In this document: in pieces, positions 58,746 through 64,000 of the stretch
Position numbering within the stretch: position 1 is the stretch's first letter
Layout of the letters: each line of letters begins with the position of its first letter
Assembly: GCA_973895155.1 (NCBI GenBank)
Contig: OZ316897.1
Location: 2,369,316-2,433,315 of the forward strand
Length of the DNA: 64,000 bases
Reading direction: 5' to 3'
Source: Marsupella aquatica
Lineage: Eukaryota; Plantae; Marchantiophyta
Made by a program: the position numbers and the translations under genes
Notes under the pieces: model-generated
Told to the model about the DNA's origin: nothing
The model's database searches: none
What the model saw: only the letters and a program-made list of their open reading frames with translations

Positions 58746-61179
58746 CCTTCCGTGCTCTCTTTCGATGAGTGTATGGACTTGAATAGTAGGGACATCCATT
58801 TTTTACCACCTCAAAATTGTCTCTTATGGGGCTTGTTGGAAAGAGCTCCATGAGTTAAATTAACAAGGTGTGACATGACCAAAATGAAGCTAAGGTGACT
58901 AACATATGCCTTGGTCAGTCAGTCTTTTGAGAGAATCACATAATTTGGGCTGTATGGACGTCCCTACATTGTTTGGGGAAGGGAGTCCCAGATTTCCCAA
59001 GAGGAGGCAACAGCTGCAAAGGTGGGGGTCCCTTTTTTTCTGCATGGTTATGGTTGCCTTGAGCCGTATGGACAGAATGGAGGGGGATGGTGATGCAAAT
59101 GCCGTTTGATGTCCGTTTACAAACCGTTCTTGGGGTTACGAGAAAGAAGACCAGGGCTACCCATAATTTTTCTCAGAAATGAACTATGTGCAAATATAAT
59201 TTTGCTTTCGACAATTGATGGGATTCCCTCATTTTTTGGCATAGTGATAGCCAGGAGGATTGAGGCCTATGGACATGGCAGGCCGGTTAGTTAATAAGAT
59301 AAGTGGAGTAGGTAGGAAGTTGTGGACTTAAGTGAGTCCTTGTTTAGTGGAGTGGTAGTGGGCACCATCGGTCTCCCTTAGGATACAATAGGTTGGTAAC
59401 ACATGTGTGTGCTGTATATTTAAGGTAAGGTAAGCTTTGAGATGTAGCAGGGCTGCCAGGGTGGTGGTGGCCACACTGTGTGGTGTGCTTGGGTGTTTAT
59501 CACTATTTAGTGGCAGCCCTAAGGAGGTGCAAGGGGAGGAGGAACTCATTCTAGTATTTGTGAAAATTAGTGGAATCACACAGAGTAGCGATCACATCCG
59601 GAGTAATGAGGTGGAAGAAGTAGCTCTCTGTTCTAGTGTGGCAAAAGTTAGATAGATAACATAAGGTTGGATTGTCTTTGTAGTGTGCACACTTTTCGTA
59701 TCAAGAAATATGGATTTGGTTTTACGGTAAAAATTTGTATGGTTCTTTTCCTTTGTGATTGATATTCTGAGGTTCAGGTCCCCTAGTGTATTTTTGTTGC
59801 TAACAGATTTCACTATCTACTACAACTTCATAATTTCCACATGGTGAGTTGACTATGTAAAAGAAGGGGAGACTGGTGACAACATTCACCCATAGACCAG
59901 AAAGAAAGAGTATGAGTGGGGTAGTCTGCACAACTTGATAAAAAAACTATGGGGTGGAGTAGTCTATAGTACCCACAAGGTTTCTTAGTTCCCTTGGTAT
60001 TTTTTTGTCCATAGAAGTCAAAAGGTTCATCTCTCCTCCCCCCCCCCCCCCCCCTTGCATTATTAATCGAGAACATGAGAAAATCCTTTCTCATGTTCTG
60101 GATTAACAATGGGAAGGAGGAGAGATGAACCTTAAGTCCTCACATCACCCCAGTCCTCTGACACATTGCAAGTACAAAAGACATGAACATCTATGAACAA
60201 AAAACAAGAGAACTCTGAAGACAATGACACATGGTGAGTGCACAGACTTACACCCGCAACATTTTACAGTAATCAGAGAACTCTTAAGACAATGAAATGT
60301 TTTGAGTGCACAGACTTACACCCACAGCATCTTACATGAGTAAAACAAGTAACTGAAGCACTCTAAACTAAAAGTAGCAGTCCAGAAGACAGAGTATGGT
60401 GTCACATGAGGTCATGGAGGGCTCATTGGTGGGGATTAGGGGGCCTCTGTGTGGGCTCCTGGATCCATGGATCAGGCAGAAAACGCTTGGATCAGGCTAC
60501 GGAACTGTTGGACCAGAGCTTTTCGGCTAATGGGGCATCTATCTGAGCATGAAGTACCAAGTCTCAAAGCGAGGGGTGATTCTTCAACTGAAGATTGAAT
60601 TCTGGAGAAGCCATAAATGTGCTGAAACTTGATTGATGGCATCGTCCGGCATTGCTGGCCCAAAGTCCTCTCTCTTGCTCCTGAACCTCTGTGAGCAAAG
60701 GACTTTCAAAGCTTAACTCTCTGAAAAAAGGGGAAAGAGAAGAGAAGAAAGAAGAGAAGAGACCGGGTCTCCTCTGTAGAGAGACAACCCACGATTTTGT
60801 TATCAGATTTTCGAAAGGACAGGGTGAATGAGATCAGTGAGACTTTCCCGGTGTGATCTGATATCCTGATCAGGAAGACTTTGGCTATGGCGCCCTCATC
60901 AGATGCTGGAGCTAGAGGATTGGCAGCGAGGTGGTAGCTAGCTCGAAATGCTGCTCGTTCTGCTTCCGGTGGTGGCTCGTTTCCAGGTCGCTCTTCCAAA
61001 CCCCACACTGCCAGAGTGAACGAGCCTATAAATCCCCTCGAACATGCTACGTACCCAACTCAAAATTGGGCCGTGTAGAAGATCACCTCGGAGGCAGGCT
61101 GGATAGATACTATGGTACTCTAATAGTTTCAGGAATTGATAGGCATGTGAGAATCACCGGAAGCATTGAAATTGGCAAG

Positions 61180-63186
61180 ATGGTGTGCAGCTGCGTGTCT
61201 TCAGATCTTCTCTGGAGCGGGAGAGGGACAGGCATCATCTCGACCAGCAATGCCTTTCTCTACGTTCCGGATCATTCTTCTTCCAATCTGCTCAGACCGA
61301 ACAGGACGAAACCCGCCCCCATGACCTCAGAACTGTCCTCCGTGTGCTGCAAAACTGGTTCTAACTTGCTGGGTGGGCTCAGGCTCAGGCTCAGGCTGTT
61401 GCACCCTAGGGATGGTGGCTTTGGACTAAGCGTCAGGACACAGGCGAAGCCTTCCTCCGATGAAGACCAAGGAGACGGGGACAAGGATGTGCAGGACCTG
61501 CTAGTGGATTTACTTCGACTGGAGACTGGGAAAGTCCGGGTCAATGAATTTGTGGAGGACCGGTCGAAGTTCTTGACGGAGATTGCCCAGCAGGCCAATG
61601 AGGAGTTTGATCGGATAGCGGAAGAGGCTAAGAAGGGTATGGACGAAGCCGGGTCCAAGGTACGAGAGTGTAACGTTTGGGTGTTGCATTATGAATCATC
61701 CGCGTTGCGGAATCTGAACGTCTTCTTTGTGACGGTATCGTGACATTAAATGAAGATATGCTCAGGATTTTCACCCTGGAAAACAGGAAAAAAAATGACT
61801 TTGAAATTTATCAAGTTACATTTGCACACAATTGTTGTTCCGGGACAAATTTCATCAAGGTGATAGGAATTCTGAGATTTTTGCTCTGGAAGAGGTTAAC
61901 TTTCTCTTCCAGAATTTGCGCGTGAAAACATCTTCCGTCAAATGCTATGGGTGAGAAAATTCTCCGAACTCACTTCTCGCCTGCTATTGTTTTGGAGCCC
62001 TTGCTGTGACAAACTCGGATTTGGAAATTCCGGGGAAGTCTGCTGATTTCAAAGGACACAGCTGAGGTTGTATCCGATGATGAACAATATTTTGTAAACC
62101 CGGTCAATTCAGCTATTCGAGAAAATTGCTCCCATCAAGGAAGTACTGCTACGAAGGGAACGCTTTACTCTTGTGAGCCCAGTGCCATCTGGCAACGTGA
62201 TAACGTCATAAGAGAACAGAGTACAGTTTCCCTTCCTCGTTCGCATCTTCATAAATGCCATCCTCCCCCGTTTCGGGCATACTGAAGTTTGCGTGGAGCA
62301 GCTTGCGCAGAGTTTGTTCTATGCGTCTGAATTATCTGTCCCTCTTTCCTTCTACTGAGTTGGATGAGGCTGAACTTTGAGCCATCCAATACGCCTAGCA
62401 GTCTCGGATTTGGAGTTGGCTGAAAAGTGTATCTCCTCAAGGCTTTGTCTTTGATTTGAGACCATGAGTTTGTAGGCATCTCAAGAGCTGTGAAAACCAT
62501 TCATTTAATATTCAAGAATATTTTAAGCAGTGGACACAGGAGCGTACAGTGTGAATGGTTTAAATTGAGTCCATTTCAGAGAATTATTTAACACTCTGCC
62601 TAAGTTGTATTGACTGCATGCTTCGTTTACTTCGAGTAGGGCATCCTTTGTTAGATAAATTTTGGAATTGAATGTCTCACTTGTCAGTTTCTGAAAACAG
62701 CCATCACTGACAATAAATTGATTTCAGGTCTTGGAGCAAATTGATGCGGAAGCAGCTGATTTCGAGGAGGAGCTAGCAGCAGCTCGTGCAGAAATGGAGG
62801 CTAATGAGCGAGAGTTCAATGAGTTTGAGAAGAGTGTAGAGCAAGCTCGAAGTGAAGGGCTGTTTTTCAAAACTTTATTTGCCAAGCCAACAAAACCATG
62901 GAAAGCCAAGAGCCCCGAAGAGCAGAGAGAAATCAAGGAGAAGGCGAAGGAGGTAACAGATGCACTGGACCAAGGAACCAAGAAAGCAGCTGGTTCAAAA
63001 TTCAGGCGTGCAGCTTACGGAGTCATGATAATTCTTCTCACTTTGACGGTATTGGAAGCCAGTACCTCGGAAAACGTCCAGTGGAATAGATTGATCGTCT
63101 ACATACTCGTTCTCGTTGCTCTAGTAGTTCAGTTGACCTATGAAACTCTGGTCTCGAGAGATAATAAGGAAAATGAGAAAAAATAG
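61180..63186 (+). CDS. conserved plastid-targeted coiled-coil protein with two C-terminal transmembrane helices, ~312 aa; exons 61180-61659 and 62728-63186 (resembles, from memory, Arabidopsis At3g09050-type proteins)
   Basis: Transit-like N-terminus; LETGKVRVNEFVEDRSKFLTEIAQQANEEFDRIAE coiled coil; RSEGLFFKTL; two hydrophobic helices; phase-0 GT-AG intron. Confidence 0.85.
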
Positions 63187-64000
63187 TATTCAATCGGTGA
63201 TGTCTTCTTTTCTGTGTCACTTCTTTATTTCCATGTCTTCAGAATATTTGCTTTCCATTGGCTTTGTGCTGCATTTTTTGGGGAGCACATGTGGTGGGTA
63301 CGATGGCAACCATGTGAAAGATATCAACAGCCAGAGTCTGTCTACCTTGGATGGGATACCTTTCTCCAGTTTCAGAGAGAGCACAACATGCCAGTTTGAA
63401 GCCTTCAGGTTTTTCCAACACCATTAAATCTTGGACCAGGGTCTTAGTTTGCCGTAAGTATTGAGCAGGGATGTCTGGTCTGGGTGGAGGGCTTAGTGTT
63501 ACACTACTGGGAGATGACGGTCAGTTTTGTGAAATTCCAATTTTGCCTTTCTGGAGACTTGAGAATTCTTCTCGAATAGTCCAGTGTGCAGTACTTTCTG
63601 GCAAATGCTACCCCATAGTGGGTTGGATGGTGGCGAGGATGGTGGCGAATGGTACAGATTACAATAGTTTTTAGCCAGAGTATCAGTACTTACCTGTTTA
63701 TGGACCCATTGGAAATTCTTTCCAAAATCCCTGGAAGCATGTGTAGCCACATCAACATTATTGGTCACAAACAAGAAAGTTTGGTTATGCAAGAAGAACC
63801 AAACATGACTATTTGAGACAAAACAAAAAACATATACTTTCACTTCCTATCATTGGGCCCACCTACCTAAAACTTTTCTGGATGATTTCTTGAGAAATAT
63901 TAACTTGTATGCTGTTTTTTGTGAAATGTAGATTGCCTCCTATGGTGAATGAATGAGATGACTCTGATACCCAAAAATATGGTATGCTCTTTTGTATGCT

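Noticed and set aside
59341-59805. Possible solo LTR (TG...TAACA with a TATA-like core)
   Set aside because: No TSD, no second copy and no PBS or PPT in the window
63962-63971. CTCTGATACC resembling an iMet PBS
   Set aside because: Incomplete match and not adjacent to an LTR end

Overview
Eukaryotic land-plant nuclear DNA with spliceosomal GT-AG introns. The long leaders and gene content suggest a non-seed plant such as a bryophyte, but this is inference only. Six protein genes could be reconstructed exon by exon: 26S proteasome ATPase RPT5 (-), a USP37-like ubiquitin-specific protease (-), PsbP-domain protein PPD1 (+), an intronless plastid pseudokinase (-), an ASI1/IBM2-like BAH+RRM protein (+) and a plastid coiled-coil protein with two transmembrane helices (+). 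There is also one orphan 130-aa ORF. Mobile DNA comprises two copies of one Ty1/copia family (one complete at 38416-45209 with a CTTAT TSD, one cut by the window start), an old solo LTR of a related family, several Mutator-like MITEs sitting just upstream of genes, a Helitron-like end and many local tandem duplications. The most notable observations are: (i) both copia copies carry the same in-frame TGA between gag and protease, which could be programmed read-through; (ii) their ~1.6-kb leaders contain a swapped GC-rich module that keeps palindromes; (iii) an isolated CpG-rich island at ~23.6 kb folds into a compact five-way junction and may be an unannotated structured RNA. All coordinates were read by hand and no database searches were run.
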